This document shows positions 1-15,997 of a stretch of 64,000 bases of DNA, one piece after another (the stretch's first letter is position 1; every line of letters begins with the position of its first letter). A program made the position numbers and the translations under genes. The notes under the pieces were generated by a model, which saw nothing but the letters and a program-made list of their open reading frames with translations, was not told where the DNA came from and searched no databases. The stretch covers positions 27,404,001-27,468,000 of the forward strand of contig OZ024754.1 in assembly GCA_964016885.1 (NCBI GenBank). The letters run 5' to 3'. Source of the DNA: Eledone cirrhosa (lineage: Eukaryota).

Positions 1-253
1 TCATCTTTGTCTCTCTCAATTTTCACTTTCACCTGTTTTTCCTATCTATATTTCACTTCCTACCTCGAGATTTCCCTTTGCATTGTTGTGGCTTTCTTAA
101 ATACGTATCTTTATATATATATATATATATATACAAAAATATATATAGGCATATATTTGCTTACCAATCACTATATCGATATTGGTATGTGTATACAACT
201 CTCTCTCAATCTCTCTGTCAATCTCTCTCTCAATCTCTCCTTCTCTCTCTCAA

Positions 254-323
<70 letters not shown>

Positions 324-1095
324 AATATTGTTCCACATACTGGCCTCTATGACAAATCAGCATATCTGTACATTTAATTACGTTTCAGGAGTTATTTCGT
401 TTATGGCACTTTACTTTTCCAGTTCATCCTATCAATTTAATTTTAAAATACAATTCATGAAATACTTCAAACATTTTAAGTTTATATACTTTTTGATCTA
501 TTCAAAGTGTTTTCTATCTCATTTGTTGAAGACGGAGATTGAAAACGGTTAAAGTTTCTAAAATGTTGACGTTTAAATGAGATTGAAATATATTAACTTT
601 CATAGATACGTAAATCTAATTGATGCTACACAAATATCAACATCATTAAGTTAATGGAATAAATAGCTGGCATTGAATTGCCACGTCTAATCTTTAAGAT
701 AACCTAAAGTAATACGGCCTAACGCTGATCTTTGTAATCCATTTATACGAAATAAACGATACATTTTTCGTCCCATCTGCCTAAATATATTTCGTTACAA
801 ATTAATGGTGTCCTCACAACCTTCTCTCTCTTTTCGAGATTTATTGGAGAATGTTGACGCATTTTATATCATGATTGTTTTGCTTTGCTTTATGTTATTT
901 TCAATCAGTTAGCAGTCAATAGTTTAATTCATTTTTTTTTTTTCAAACTCTGAATTAAGTCATAGATTTCACGTAGAAAGGGAATTGTATGAAGTTACAT
1001 GAGAAGTTCTTAAGATCAAGTTAAAATGGAATACAGAATTGTGACGCGTATACAGTTTAACGAAATAAGATATGTGAACAGAAACAATATATATT

Positions 1096-1137
<42 letters not shown>

Positions 1138-2609
1138 TCTGTAACTATAGTTGCACATTTAAACGCACACACATACACACACACATATATATATATATAT
1201 CCTGCAGTACTTACCATTTTATGATTAATTTCCTTACGCAGACTTTATATACGCTTATAGAGTAGAATCAAGGAATGAGGAAACTAATCTCTTTGTAATC
1301 AAAGCGAATTTGATAGAACTCTGAGTTAAAACCATGCATTAGCTTTGTATTCAATATTGTTGTTGTTCTGGTCGATGAAAGTTATTCACAAACTCGGAAA
1401 CATTTTGGTTACAGTTAATATATTTCAGTGTAGAATCAGATTTTTAGTGCTTCTAATAACGACAAACCATAGCAGTGGTTGTTAGAATCATAGGAATTGA
1501 CGATTACTTCTTTCGGCATTTGTTTAGACTCCCTGTGAAATGAGTTTAAATCCCGCAGTAGTCAACTTTGTTTTTAAAATTATTTCTATGCAATGTATGT
1601 TTTGTATGTCCGTTTGATTATTCCTGACTGACTGAATTCTCTCAGACCTATACACATATATGCGCACATCTAAACATATACTTGTGATAGCTTCTTATCT
1701 TGAATATCAAAAGAAGCTTCATTTTTATGAGCATCATTGAGTGCGTCCGACATAAAAAAAACTCAGTCAATTCTCCTGGCTTACTGGGGATTTTCATTCA
1801 GTCTTACTTCCAGTGTTAAATCAGATATCAGGTAGATATGAGCTGGACTGTTCCTAACATACTGCGGGTCTCTGATCACCACATGAGCAGAAGGGAAAGA
1901 CGAAGAATGTTGTGCTGCATCGACAGGGTTTACATAATTTGCTTCTGGAAATTAGGCGCTAAGGAGCAACGCGTTCAATATTAACCACGTGGCTATAGTA
2001 GAATACACTTGCCTTATGTGCCATGTGGTTGTAATGAGTTCCAAAGCTCGTGGCAGAAAAGTAAACCCCTTAACCACACATCCATATACACGTCTATAAA
2101 TATTTAATTTTTCGTCAGATTATCAGCTAACAAATTTGATTTACAGCTTTCCTAATGTTAACTTACTTTTAACTACGTTTTATTTATTGGACAACAATCT
2201 ATTTTGATCTCCATGTGACCACTGCAGGTAAGATTAATTGCCAGTAAAATGAATGTTCACCACTGTGTCTCATCCACATATCGTTTTTATTTCAGTTGAC
2301 AAACGAAACTTCAATAAGTAATTGTAAACTCATAATACACATGTCATTCATCGTATTATATATTTAAACGGAAAAGCTAAGAGCTGACGTTGTTAAGTTC
2401 CCCCTATTAATTAACGGTGCAGGAAAATATCGGATACGTGTTTCCATTAATTTACTTTCAAAGTAGGATTTATGAACGGATGAGCGGAAATTAAACTACA
2501 TTCTCCGAGAAATTCTCGAGACACTAATCAAATTGTTGCATGCAATGTAATGTCAGGTGCAATGGATTATTGGTTTCAACGTGAAACATATGCACATGCG
2601 TGTATACAT

Positions 2610-2709
<100 letters not shown>

Positions 2710-3143
2710 TATATATATACACACATATGTGTGAGTGTCTGTGTGTTTGAATTAGTGAATGTATGTGTGCGTGTGTGTGTATGTAGAAGGATTATGATTT
2801 AAGTATTTTCCGATAGAGCATTGAGGATGTATTTCAACACCGTCTGAGGAGACATATAATTGTCGAAACATCAATTCCCGGAAGGCCAGCGTTATAAGCT
2901 AGAAAGGAAATAAGGGCACACACACAGACACACACACAGAGACACACACAGTCGCATATATATGTATATATGTATATATAATTCAGTTGCCCCATCTATT
3001 ACATGCTCAAAGACATTGTCATAGACCCAACTATCTTCATTAGATTTAGAGCAGTCTCAGTGGATGTATGTTTTGTTTATACGAAGCTAGATGTACAACG
3101 CGTCCTCAATCAATGTCTTGTTAAAGTGTGTATATATGTATGC

Positions 3144-3228
<85 letters not shown>

Positions 3229-4284
3229 ATATTTACACTCACTCATATATCTATGCTTCATCATTCACTGTTCACAAATATGTCATTTTTCTTTTCTATT
3301 GAGCAGCAAAATTGAAGACCAATATATATTCACTCAACTGGTCTCTTTGGGATTCACTAACACAATGTAAAGATGAAAATAAAATATCAAATAAAATAAA
3401 AAGTTTCCACAACGGAAATATTAGCTTTCGTTGAAAAGATGGACGTTTGCAATGTAGACTGGTTTTCTAGATTTCCTTTCATTATCTTATCTCAAATATA
3501 AGTCGTTTTTCATTATTTTCACTTTACACTTCATGAACGAACAATATTGGTTTATGTTTAAATTCTCAAACTAATATTTCTTCACATTCCGTGTACATTC
3601 CATACATTTTCTATATTTTCTCTCGTCGTAATATATAGAAAATTTGACGTCTCTTCTTATTTTACGTTACACTTTAACAATGAAGTCTACTCGTTTTAGT
3701 GTAAATTCTTTTAATTTGTTTAACGTTTTTGTTCTATACATATAAATCTATACGACTAAATCCTGAACTACTACACTTCCTTAACCACGTTTATGACTAC
3801 ACCTATACAAGTCTTTCTTGTGTATTATTTTTAACTAAAGTACGTGAATTCAACATAATCTATGAACCTTTTGTAAATTTATATTTCAAACTTAATATAA
3901 CGTATATATTTCACGAATTATTATAGCTTATATATTTCATGAATTCATATAATGTATGTATTTCATAAATTCAGATAATCTATGTCTTTCATAAATTAAT
4001 ATAGCGTATGCATTTCATAAATTCAAATAATGTATATATTTCTTAAATTCATATAATAAATGTATTTTATAAATTTATATAAAGTTTCTATTTCATAAAT
4101 TACAACTAAATAGAACCATATATTTCTTTAGAAGGATTTTTGGATGTGGAATTAGGTTTGGTAATTCCACATACTTCCTCTTATCTTTAAAGTTTTATTA
4201 CCTGGTGCTGTCTTTTAGTAATGATTCATATATGCTGATAGTAGTTTACCTGATAGTAGGGTTTCACTTCTTATACGTACACAC

Positions 4285-4401
<117 letters not shown>

Positions 4402-4404
4402 TTT

Positions 4405-4473
<69 letters not shown>

Positions 4474-4478
4474 TTATA

Positions 4479-4557
<79 letters not shown>

Positions 4558-4572
4558 ATATATATATATATA

Positions 4573-4647
<75 letters not shown>

Positions 4648-4650
4648 TTT

Positions 4651-4724
<74 letters not shown>

Positions 4725-4835
4725 TAACAGATTAAAGTTTAAGCAAAGAATCGCTGCTTTCACCCTTAACGGGGTATATATATATCTATCCTTATCGAGC
4801 CCTCTTTGGATTTTAGTCTTCAAATTTATTATTAT

Positions 4836-4886
<51 letters not shown>

Positions 4887-5444
4887 TATGTGTGTGTGTG
4901 TGTTTGTGTGAGTGTGTGTTTGTGTGTGCTTGCGTGTTTTTGAGCGCGCGCATGTGTGTGTGTCTGAGTGTCTGTCTGTGTGTAAGTGTGTGTAAATGAA
5001 TATTTGTATGTATGTACGTGTACGTAAATATAATTATCTGTTCGAGAAACTTTCATTTCGCAGGAGGAAAAAAATTCTGTATCGATAAGAGTGATTAAAA
5101 GAATATGTTGAGATATGTTTACATTGACAAACGAAGTTAACCAGGTGAATAGAATATCGTTAAAAGATTGGTTGGTGTAAAGAATATAGATAACTAATTA
5201 TAGATCTCTAATCAGTTTTGAAACATAGATGAAATTATTGTGGCGCACAAATGCTTCTGTGTATATCAATGTAGAATTACGTTTCATATAACAACTATGT
5301 AAGTAAGTATATATATATATATACGTGTGTGTGTGGGGGGGGGGGTCTGTATTATATATTTCTGTATATATATATATAATATATACATTTATATATATAA
5401 TATATACATTTATATATATATATATATAATATATACACTCATAA

Positions 5445-5507
<63 letters not shown>

Positions 5508-5510
<3 letters not shown>

Positions 5511-5699
5511 AAAGAGTATGACCCCGATGGCAGAGCTCTAGCCGTTTCGACGGCTATTTCTGAACTCAGAAATAGCCGTCGAAACGGCTTGAGCTCTGCC
5601 GTCGGGGTCTTACTTTTTCCTATCTCCCACTCTTCTACCCTAAGTATTGAGTACTCTGGTGCGTTATGGTTCATCTGGTTCCTTACCACAATTCCTTTG

Positions 5700-5701
<2 letters not shown>
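5508..5701 (+). mobile_element. Short repeat family A carrying the 3' half of a hammerhead; copies at 6931-7132, 11645-11700, 26712-26931 and 31395-31542
   Basis: Shared ...agccgtc-GAAA-cggc(ttgagctct)gccg-TC-ggggtc and tail gtattgagtac...ccttaccacaattcc. Always embedded in (TA)n and usually folded back. Confidence 0.8.
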
Positions 5702-5749
<48 letters not shown>

Positions 5750-5852
5750 TTTCCCATATCTTATGTTAACTATTTTCACATTTTGACGCTATAGTCGCAT
5801 ATATGTTATGGAATACTGTTAGCTTCTCGCTACAACAATTTCTATACTTTTC

Positions 5853-5901
<49 letters not shown>

Positions 5902-5908
<7 letters not shown>

Positions 5909-6283
5909 AGATCAAAAGATGGTTAAAGGAGTTCCATGTATTTTATTATGCGCATTTCAAAAACAAACATCGTCATGCAATAATATTTGTGTTTTCATCA
6001 GATAAAACAGGAGAACATGATATGAAGGCTAAAAAACACTTGTGGATAGTGCAGTTTTAAAGTGTTTTTTAGCCTTCATATCATGTACTCCTGTTTTATC
6101 TGATGAAAATACAAATATTATTGCATGATGATGTTTGTTTTTGAAATGCGCATAATAAAATACATGGAACTCCTTTAACCATCTTTTGATCTTATATTAT
6201 GTATACTCCAGTCCTACAAACTGTAGAGTGCTTCTTATCCGATATCTGCATTGCTTTATTGTACTACAATAAAACTCACCTCC

Positions 6284-6288
<5 letters not shown>
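5902..6288 (+). mobile_element. Short PLE-type fold-back insertion with a hammerhead in each arm
   Basis: Arms ~5902-6040 and ~6060-6198, plus a ~90-nt unpaired 3' extension, flanked by (TA)n. Other copies at 31931-32235 and 49368-49530. Confidence 0.8.
6094..6160 (+). ncRNA. Type I hammerhead (mirror copy 5941-6007, minus strand)
   Basis: ttttat-CTGATGA-aaatacaaat...gtttgttttt-GAAA-tgcgca-TA^-ataaaa, with palindromic stem III. Confidence 0.8.
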
Positions 6289-6352
<64 letters not shown>

Positions 6353-6465
6353 CGTAAAATAAGAAAATTATAAAATTAACTTACTTACTAAAATATCACT
6401 TCCAACTAATTAGTTTCTGGAATGGAGTAAATATATTATCCGAAGAAGATATAGAGAAACATTCC

Positions 6466-6531
<66 letters not shown>

Positions 6532-6765
6532 TATACACAGATAATATATATATATATAAGCACTCATACGATCACGTGCAAATTACATTCTATACTTTAC
6601 TGATTGAAATCAGTAACGTATAAAATACGATACTGTAGAACCACCTCCTTATATATATATATTACATTTATATATATATATAACTGCCAAGTATATATAT
6701 ATGACTGCCAAGACTGGAATTGAACCATCAGCACAGTTGAGGTATGTCATGCATCAATTTATGTA

Positions 6766-6829
6766 TTTTATCTGATGAGGACGTACTGAAAAAAATCAAC
6801 ACAGTACCTCCGAAATATATATAATAAAA
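6766..6829 (+). ncRNA. Type I hammerhead
   Basis: ttttat-CTGATGA-ggacgtactg...cagtacctcc-GAAA-tatata-TA^-ataaaa, in a short segment between TA tracts. Confidence 0.8.
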
Positions 6830-6873
6830 CATATATTTTGATTATGTGAATGTATCAATTTATTAATATTTTG

Positions 6874-6934
<61 letters not shown>

Positions 6935-6994
6935 AAAAAGCATGACCCCGGCGGCAGAGCTCAAGCCGTTTCGACGTCGGGGTCATACTTTTTC

Positions 6995-7028
<34 letters not shown>

Positions 7029-7145
7029 ATTTTATATATATATATACTTTTTCCTATTTCCCACTCTACTACCCTAAGTATTGAGTACTCTGCTGCGTTA
7101 TGGTCCATCTGGCTCCTTACCACAATTCCCTTATATATATATATA

Positions 7146-7760
7146 ATAGAATTAGCATTTAGCTTCAGGCATAGTTGAATACAGCTGTATACAGATATGT
7201 ATTGAAATTTCGTATTTCTAAAGAAACACGGTATGTTTACAGGTAAACATTCAGGAAGCCGTAGCTATGCAAAAACACCGGGGCTAACGTCCTCTGGTAG
7301 TGTCCACAGAAGCAACGGGGACAATCGTCGATGCATTTCGGACCTGACTGGTCCCCATCGGGACGATCCCCCCCCCCCCACCACCACCACCACCACACGT
7401 ACGAATGTTGGTCTTGAAAACATTCGAGTATATATAGTTTTCTCATCTGTGTAAATCAGGTAATTAATCTCATTTGCATATGAAGCTACATAAGTTGGCT
7501 CAACTTATAATAAAATAGAATTAGGATTTAGCTTCAGGCACGGCTGTATACAGACAGGTATAGAAATTTCGTATTTCTAAAGTAACACGGTATGTTTACA
7601 GGTTAACAGTTAGGAGGCTGTAACTATGAAAAAAACACTTGGGCTAACGCCCTCTGGTGGTGTCCGGCAGAAGCAAGAGGGACGATCGTGGATGCACTTC
7701 GGACTTAAGTGGTCCTCATCAGAACCATAAACATACCGTGTTTCTTTAGAAATACGAAAA

Positions 7761-7763
<3 letters not shown>
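7146..7763 (-). mobile_element. Two diverged tandem copies of an HHR-bearing repeat with a short terminal inversion
   Basis: 7146-7367 resembles 7514-7727. Minus-strand HHRs: 7324-7367 (atcgtc-CCGATGG-ggacc..ggtcc-GAAA-tgca-TC-gacgat) and 7686-7727 (CTGATGA-ggac..gtcc-GAAG-tgca-TC). 7728-7763 is inverted relative to 7205-7240. Confidence 0.7.
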
Positions 7764-7838
<75 letters not shown>

Positions 7839-7848
7839 CGCTCGCTCG

Positions 7849-7881
<33 letters not shown>

Positions 7882-7897
7882 GCTCGCTCGCTCTCCC

Positions 7898-8037
<140 letters not shown>

Positions 8038-8047
8038 AAATATATTT

Positions 8048-8857
8048 GTCAGTTTCCTGTATACGAGCGATCAATTGACCGGCTTTGCCAATTTCAACTG
8101 AAAAACATTTTTCGCTCTACATGGCTGAATACAATAAATGTCATCTGAGTTTTTCGAATATTAATAATTGTTTCTACTTTTGGCACAAGGCCAGCAATTA
8201 CAAGGATGAAAGGCAAAGTTAACCTCGGCGGGATTTGAACTCAGTCCGTAAAGGGACGTAACTGTACTGCAAAGCATGGCGTCCGACCATTCGATTCGTT
8301 TGCAATTATGCAAGCAGCCTCTTTTTTATTTATTTGAATATGTATATTTATGCAGTGATAGGGATATATCGTTGGTCATGTATTACCATCCTCTTAAGAT
8401 GGATGAATCTCTTTTCTTATTAAGTTCACGTAGTAGATGTGTCAGCCTTCTGATTGGTTCCTTGTAACGTTCCTACACATTATTGTAGCCAGATTTACTG
8501 TTACATCTCTGTATATATAGGTACGTATGAGTTTGTATATATCTATATGTCTATCTATATATGTGAGTGCTTGTGTGTCCGTATATGCATGTAAATGTGT
8601 CTGTGTAAATACGCACCTCTGTGTATACTTATACACTGCGTGTACCATTGTTACATTATCAAGATCGTTAAAATTATTATCATTTTTATTTTTCTTATGT
8701 TATTATTACTACTATATTTAGATACACTATTATTTTTAAAGCCATGTCAGTAGAATGAGCCCCTCATTCTTGCTCTTGTGTTGGAATGGAAACAGAATAA
8801 TGTTTCATTTGAATATGGCAAAGCCGGCCATTGATCGCTCGTATACAGGAAACTGAC
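8048..8857. repeat. ~42-bp inverted repeat pair ~725 bp apart (possible MITE), followed by three ~33-bp tandem units (8862-8960)
   Basis: gtcagtttcctgtatacgagcgatcaat..ccggctttgcca at 8048-8090 and its reverse complement at 8816-8857. Confidence 0.6.
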
Positions 8858-9025
8858 TGGCCAGTCTGCTGATATGCAAATCTGGCTGATCAGTGGATCT
8901 GCTAATATGCAGATCTGACTGATCAACCAGTCTGCTAATATGCAAATCAGGCTGATCAATCACTGTATATTTTAGAAAATATGTTACGATGCAACACTGA
9001 ATCTTTGTTCCTTTATTCTTATAGT

Positions 9026-9056
<31 letters not shown>

Positions 9057-10258
9057 TGGTGTTGGATGCTTAAAGCGTCCGTATGCGGTAGGCCGTATGA
9101 GCACACGATGCTCTCATAGAGCAGAGTATGATATCACAGAAAAAAAGAGAATCAGTGTTGCCACGAATGGAATTTATTAGACATATTACAATCGTTTCTC
9201 TGGCGACCAGCTCGAGGCATGATCGATGTGATGATCGAACCTGACTCTGAAAATCGCAATGTTCTCAGATACGTCTTGATTCTACGAAGCAGAATTTCCT
9301 ATAAGAAAATCTGCTTCATTGAAATATACACTATTAAATAAGCAAGTTTTGTTGGCATTCTGTTGGTCGGTGACAAGCGTTCCAGTTGTTCGTATAACGG
9401 AACAGACTGTGCATCAAATTATGCATCCTTAATGTAATTTCCCGGGTGATATATCGAGTGACCGTGCTTGACAAAGAGAGGCTTATGAGGTACATGAATA
9501 AGTATTTTTTTCAGCTGATTTGATTTAAGCAACGTGGAATAAATGTCTGGTTGAAAGCGAAAAGACAACGCCACTTCGAGTAATAGGATTCATAGCATTA
9601 CCTTTTGAGTTGAGCACATTCTTCACTAAGCCACTTGCCTTAACTAGCTAAGATTAAATTATTGAATATATAAAGACAGCAACGAAAGCTTCGTAGTTCT
9701 AAAGCCATGAGATCAACATGAAATAAAATGTCTTTCTCAAAAACACATTGCCCCGTATATTCCATTAGCAGAACTCATGAATCTTCGATAATGAACCAAA
9801 TACACTCGCCACTAAGCTATCAACAATCCTTAGCATAATATACAACACATAATATGGAGACATCAAGGAAAAACATTTAGGTCTGAAACAACGATTATTT
9901 ATGTGAAGCACTTTTGGGACAATTTAGAACTAACCAACGTGTGAATATATTATGATTTGTTAGAAACTCAGGAGCATTAACTTCTATTTGTATCTATTGC
10001 TATGGCCGTTGCTTCGTTGCTTAGCTTTCTTTAGTATGCATCATTCAGCTTATATAATGGATATTTTACCATCTCGTGGCTTGATAAACGGGGAAATACC
10101 AACAAAGAAATATCCATACACATATACATACACACATATAAATGTTTATATACATATGTTTATATATACATATACACATACTTATACATAGATATACATA
10201 CATGCATACATCAAACTCCCCCCCCCCCCCCACACACACAGATATATATATATGTGTA

Positions 10259-10335
<77 letters not shown>

Positions 10336-10944
10336 CAATGAAGCAAACAGAGTGTTATAAATCATTTAAACTGTCAGTGCTATTTCTTCTACTGGGAGAT
10401 CATTGGTAAGTAGATAGCATCTGTTAGACAATACATTCATTGTCTCTTACATTTACCTATTTAATAACCAAGAGATTTTCGCTATGTAATGTTAAACCGC
10501 TTACCTTTCATTGGATCGTAAAGATATTCAAGATCGGTGTTGCTGGAGAACGGAAATTTAGTGTGAATATACGATCTAGAAACGGCCTAATGACAAATAA
10601 TGATACAATTCCACAAAACGTATGTCCAATTAACCATTCAGAAGTAAAAAATATACAACATTCGGACTTTTCCATAATTGTATTTCAGGAGAAAATGTAA
10701 ATTTAGTATTGTCAACTGGCTATCGGGAATTGAAACGAGAAATCGGTTTGTTGGAAATATATATTAAGGGTCTAAAGAGGAGTCAAGATACGTGAGTTCA
10801 AAATAGTGTGATACGAAGTTCGCTATCATCGTTCGAAATGCGTTAAATTAGAGATCATTAAAGTACTCTAGTCGATATAATTGATATAACGAACAGCTCT
10901 CTTCACAGTTCTCATCTACTACATATATTATATATATATCATGT

Positions 10945-11430
10945 TTCGCTGTGACCAGTCTTCTCTCTCCTTCTACCTACATATTTCGTTGCTATCTACT
11001 CCTACCCCTCTTTCTTCCTCTCCCTTTCTCCCTCTCACTTTCACTCATTCTCTCTCTCTGCCGGCCACCTCATTGTTTCCCTCGCCTGACCCTCGAGCAG
11101 TCCTTTTCTCACTTACACTCGCTGGGGTCAGACGTGTCTTTTCGCTCACCCACACGCTCTTGAACTTAAGTTCTCTTATCGCTGTGGTCTTGGATTTTCT
11201 TACCTTAAGTTGCTCGCACATTGCTCGGTTTGTTGTTTTTTTGCTGTTTTCTCTTCTTTTCTTCACTTTTCCCTTTTATTTTCCTTCCCTCCCTCCTCCG
11301 TTTTCCCAATAACTTACCCAGTTATTGAACGCTCTGGGCGGTAGATATCTTGTCTTTAAAGCGTGGAAATATCCGAGATCCCCAGTAGACAACTGGTGAG
11401 GAAAACTCCCCGCCCATTCTTGCTTTCTTC
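10945..11430 (+). repeat. Old dispersed repeat, second copy at ~19388-19890
   Basis: Shared blocks tcgctgtgacc, gtgtcttt, ccaataactta..agttattg and agtagac.actg.tga. Confidence 0.6.
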
Positions 11431-11451
11431 TTATTCACACTCCATTTTAAG

Positions 11452-11639
<188 letters not shown>

Positions 11640-11701
11640 TTATAGTCCAGAAATAGCCGTCGAAACGGCTTGAGCTCTACCGTCGGGGTCCTGAATTTTT
11701 T

Positions 11702-11745
<44 letters not shown>

Positions 11746-12091
11746 GGGTGTGGGTGTGTGTGTATGTGTGTAAATAAGACCGTTATTGCTCCAATCACCC
11801 TAAACTGAACGCCAAACTATTGTGATTCCTGCCAAACCAAACCATACTCACACTCAAAATTCAATAGGCCACTCACCTTCCCAACCTCGACTTACGTCAC
11901 CCGACTGCGATATCCAACTAGTGGGGAAGACAGACGTTATCAAGCTGCAGCTATCATATTACCTACTTTCTATATAATATAGCCAAACTCAAACTCATTA
12001 TTATCTGCATTGACTACATGTGTATGTATATATTTATGCACACATATACACATGCACATATTCATACACACATACGCGCACATACACCCCA

Positions 12092-12276
<185 letters not shown>

Positions 12277-12282
12277 CAAGAC

Positions 12283-12347
<65 letters not shown>

Positions 12348-13177
12348 CAGAATATCAGTTAGTGTGAGTTCATTTTGATTGTCTCATTAAGTGATAACTC
12401 TAGGAAATTAATATCCACACCTGTATTATATGTAAAATTCTAAATGAGATTTAGCAATTTGACATTTTTTTAGTCATTAATAATTCTTTCTTCCGTACAA
12501 TTCTAATTTAATACATGAAATTTTTGTTCGTCATTGCAATAATCTAAGCCTCTCCTCTGCCTTCACTTCCTTCACCACTTAAACTTGATTTCACGGCTGA
12601 CAATAGTAATATATGATTATCAATCTCAATTCAGTTTCCAATATCTCTCAAGTGTATAAAACACATTACTACATTGTAACACTATTTTTGTCTTCCGTAG
12701 TTCTATAATATGAATTCAATCTTATTCAATTATCATTACTGAATATCGAGAGGTGAAAGAATTAACAGTATCGTTAGTACAGTGAGTAATATGCCTGTGA
12801 ACATAGTTATTTTCGTTTATGGGGATGTTTCAAATCCCTCAAGGGTTGATTTGCGATTCCGAAATTCTAGTTCGCTAAAATAATTTCAAGTGGTAGAATT
12901 TGTTGATGTAATAATTTTCAAATTTTTCCGCAAAATTACTATATTTTATGTCATCGTACCATTATTATATATTACTATTATAGGAACTGGTGCCGGTGTA
13001 TTCGTGTGGTTATGACGAAGGCTCCACAGGCTCCAACATTACTCGTTCGAAACGACAATGACTTCTAGTGGAGCTAAGGGTTGGTGAATTATTTGTGAGT
13101 GGGTTCCGATAAAAGTAAACGCTATAGAATCCTGTCATACGAATGTAATGTTAAGCACTACTTAACAGCGCGACAAC

Positions 13178-13261
<84 letters not shown>

Positions 13262-13717
13262 ATTCTGTATCCTTCTCTCCTTAACTTACGCACACACACT
13301 CTTGCTCCACTTTTTTGACGGAAGTCTATTAATATCTCCCTTTTTGCGGCGATATCATTCTCTCCATCTTCTCTGCAACATATCCTGTTCTGTTTTCAAC
13401 CGTAAGACGGTACATTTACTTGTGTATTCGCCTTGAAGTCTAAGTCGAAAAACTCAGGTTGTTATCAGAAAAATATTCTAATAAAAAGTATTCGATGTCG
13501 CCGTGAAAAGGCGTTGAGCTGGTATCACCAAAACAATGCAGCTAGTAAACACTCTAAAGTAATTATGTCATCCACGTTGATTCCTTATTGATAACACTTT
13601 AAGGAATATTGATAACACTTTAAGGAATACAAGTCATAGAGTGCTTTACATCTGTTTATGACCAAAATCGGTGGATTACCTGATCAAATAACTTTCCTAA
13701 ATTGAATTATATATATA

Positions 13718-14385
13718 TACATTATGAAGAGAGAAGAAACATTTAGATATAATTAGTAATAAAATGTATCATACCTAAACTGCTCCTAGATTCCTCGACT
13801 ACGTAGTTTCGTGGCATAAACAAAAACAATACATCATAAAGATATAGAGTCCTTGCGAGGTCTGCCGACTTATCAAGAGGATACCTCATTTTACTAGCCT
13901 CAAGAACGCGTCTACACGACGTCAGAAAGAATCCCAAAAGGCGGAGGGGGAGATAGTCACGCGATATAACGGTCGAGAAACAGAGCTAAGCCTCTTATAA
14001 CCCCGAAGAAAATACCACGGAGGCGGAGGGGGTATTCATATCGAAGCCGTAGAAGAGGTGGTGAAGTATGTAGACGCGTTCTTGAGGCTAGTAAAATGAG
14101 GTATCCTCTTGATAAGTCGGCAGACCTCGCAAGGACTCTATATCTTTATGATGTATTGTTTTTGTTTATGCCACGAAACTACGTAGTCGAGGAATCTAGG
14201 AGCAGTTTAGGTATGATACATTTTATTACTAATTATATCTAAATGTTTCTTCTCTCTTCATAATGTATTTTTAACTCTGATACTGGTTCAGTCTGGTTCA
14301 ACCGGATTGGTCTGTCCCAGTCATTCATTGAGCAACATCGGTGAGGTTGGCACCCTTAACTCACGGTTGGGTGTGGATGCATTCA
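13718..14385 (+). mobile_element. Fold-back PLE-type insertion with ~200-bp arms and a variant HHR
   Basis: Arms 13718-13916 and 14070-14268. HHR 14104-14193: tcctc-TTGATAA-gtcggca...tgccac-GAAA-ctacgtag-TC-gagga. Confidence 0.75.
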
Positions 14386-14421
14386 TGTATATGTGTGTGT
14401 CCGCATGTATCTGTGTGTTTC

Positions 14422-14509
<88 letters not shown>

Positions 14510-14545
14510 TGTGTCTGTGTGTGTGTGCGTGTGTGTATATATGTA

Positions 14546-14613
<68 letters not shown>

Positions 14614-14829
14614 AGAAAAACCACAGACCCTCCATCTCAATTCTACTTTTGAAAAGCAGAAGAACTGCGAAGCCGGTAAAGGAACCAAATAAATATATAT
14701 ATATTTTTAAATAAGACTCCAGTTGCATTTTCGATTTCATCCTTTTTCTTTATACTTTCAATCGTTGTAGGACACCTCGGTTATTTTTCATTTTGTAAAA
14801 AATCCTCACTTTCTAATATATATATATAT

Positions 14830-15056
14830 CTTCCTGTCTTCCTCCGGTTGCAACGTTTTTTGAAATATCTACTTCTGCGTTTACAGATTGACTTTTTTAG
14901 TTTCAGAAGATCCCGTTAAGGGTGAAAGCAGCGATTCTTTGCTTAAACTTTAATCTGTTATTTTAATAAATATTTGCTCTACGGTTCTTATATATTTGAT
15001 ATATATTTATCCTTATCGAGCCCTCTTTGGATTTTAGTCTTCAAATTTATTATTAT

Positions 15057-15060
<4 letters not shown>
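14830..15060 (+). mobile_element. Repeat family C with HHR-like motif; also 4719-4838 and 41771-41890
   Basis: 14899-14949: agttt-CAGAAGA-tccc(gttaa)gggt-GAAA-gca(gcgattctt)tgc-TT-aaact. Confidence 0.65.
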
Positions 15061-15096
<36 letters not shown>

Positions 15097-15100
<4 letters not shown>

Positions 15101-15982
15101 TTGGTTCCTTTACCGACCGATTTCGAAGTTCTTCTGCATTTCAAAAGTAGAATTGAGATGGAGGGTTTGTGGTTTTTCTCACATCTGACCACTAAAAGGC
15201 TAAAAAATAAATTCCTAAATACGGGCGCCAAATTTAATGTACTTGTTCACGTGACACACGTGACAGTCATAATTTCATTTATAACCAATCAAATTACATT
15301 TCAGCACATCAGTCATACTCAGAACAACTCTCTCCATCCCTTTTTCTTCACTATTATCTTTTGTTTGGCACAAAATTCTCTAAATGGATATAAAAAAATT
15401 CCAAAATACGAGCGCGAATTTAATGTACTTGTTCACGTGACAGTCATAATTTCATTTATAACCAATCAAATTACATTTATAAAAAAAGCCTTCGTGAGCC
15501 ACATTTTTTTTTAAGTAAAAAGAAATTCGAACACAACCTGGCACGAAAGCTGATGTGCTTATTCACGTGACGGCATCAACCAACCAAACTTCACTCATAT
15601 ATGAAAAAAACAACCTAAGCCCCCCCCCCCTTTGTTTGAAGAACTTTGTAACGCGAACAGGCGCGAAAATTATTATACTTATTCACCAACCAACCAAATT
15701 ACTTCTCTAAAAACCTGGCATTTGGAGCCACTTTTTTCCATATAAAACAGAAGTAACATTCAAAGACCAACCAGATGTGAGAAAAACCACAGACCCTCCA
15801 TCTCAATTCTACTTTTGAAAAGCAGAAGAACTGCGAAACCGCTAAAGGAACCAAATAAATATATATTTAAAAAAAAAAGACTCCAGTTGCATATTCGATT
15901 TCATCTTTTTTCCTTATACTTTAACACGTGTAGGACACCTTGGTTATTTTTCATTTTATAAAAAAAACCTCACTTTCTAAAA
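15097..15982 (+). mobile_element. Repeat family B with an inverted terminal copy; further copies at 14611-14815 and 17281-17400
   Basis: 15097-15187 is inverted relative to 15772-15862. The body has repeated gttcacgtgac/aaccaa units. Consensus HHR-like motif: ctt-TTGAAAA-gcag(aagaa)ctgc-GAAA-ccgg-TA-aag. Confidence 0.7.
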
Positions 15983-15997
15983 TATATATATATATAT

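Noticed and set aside
3900-4100. Degenerate ~27-bp tandem repeat (other small tandems at 13586-13628, 21645-21715 and 33127-33265)
   Set aside because: Ordinary minisatellites or slippage duplications with no further structure seen.
9180-9215. HHR on the minus strand (ctgg..ccaga-GAAA-cgattg-TA); similar case at 32905-32945
   Set aside because: No recognisable CUGANGA or stem I, so too degenerate to call.
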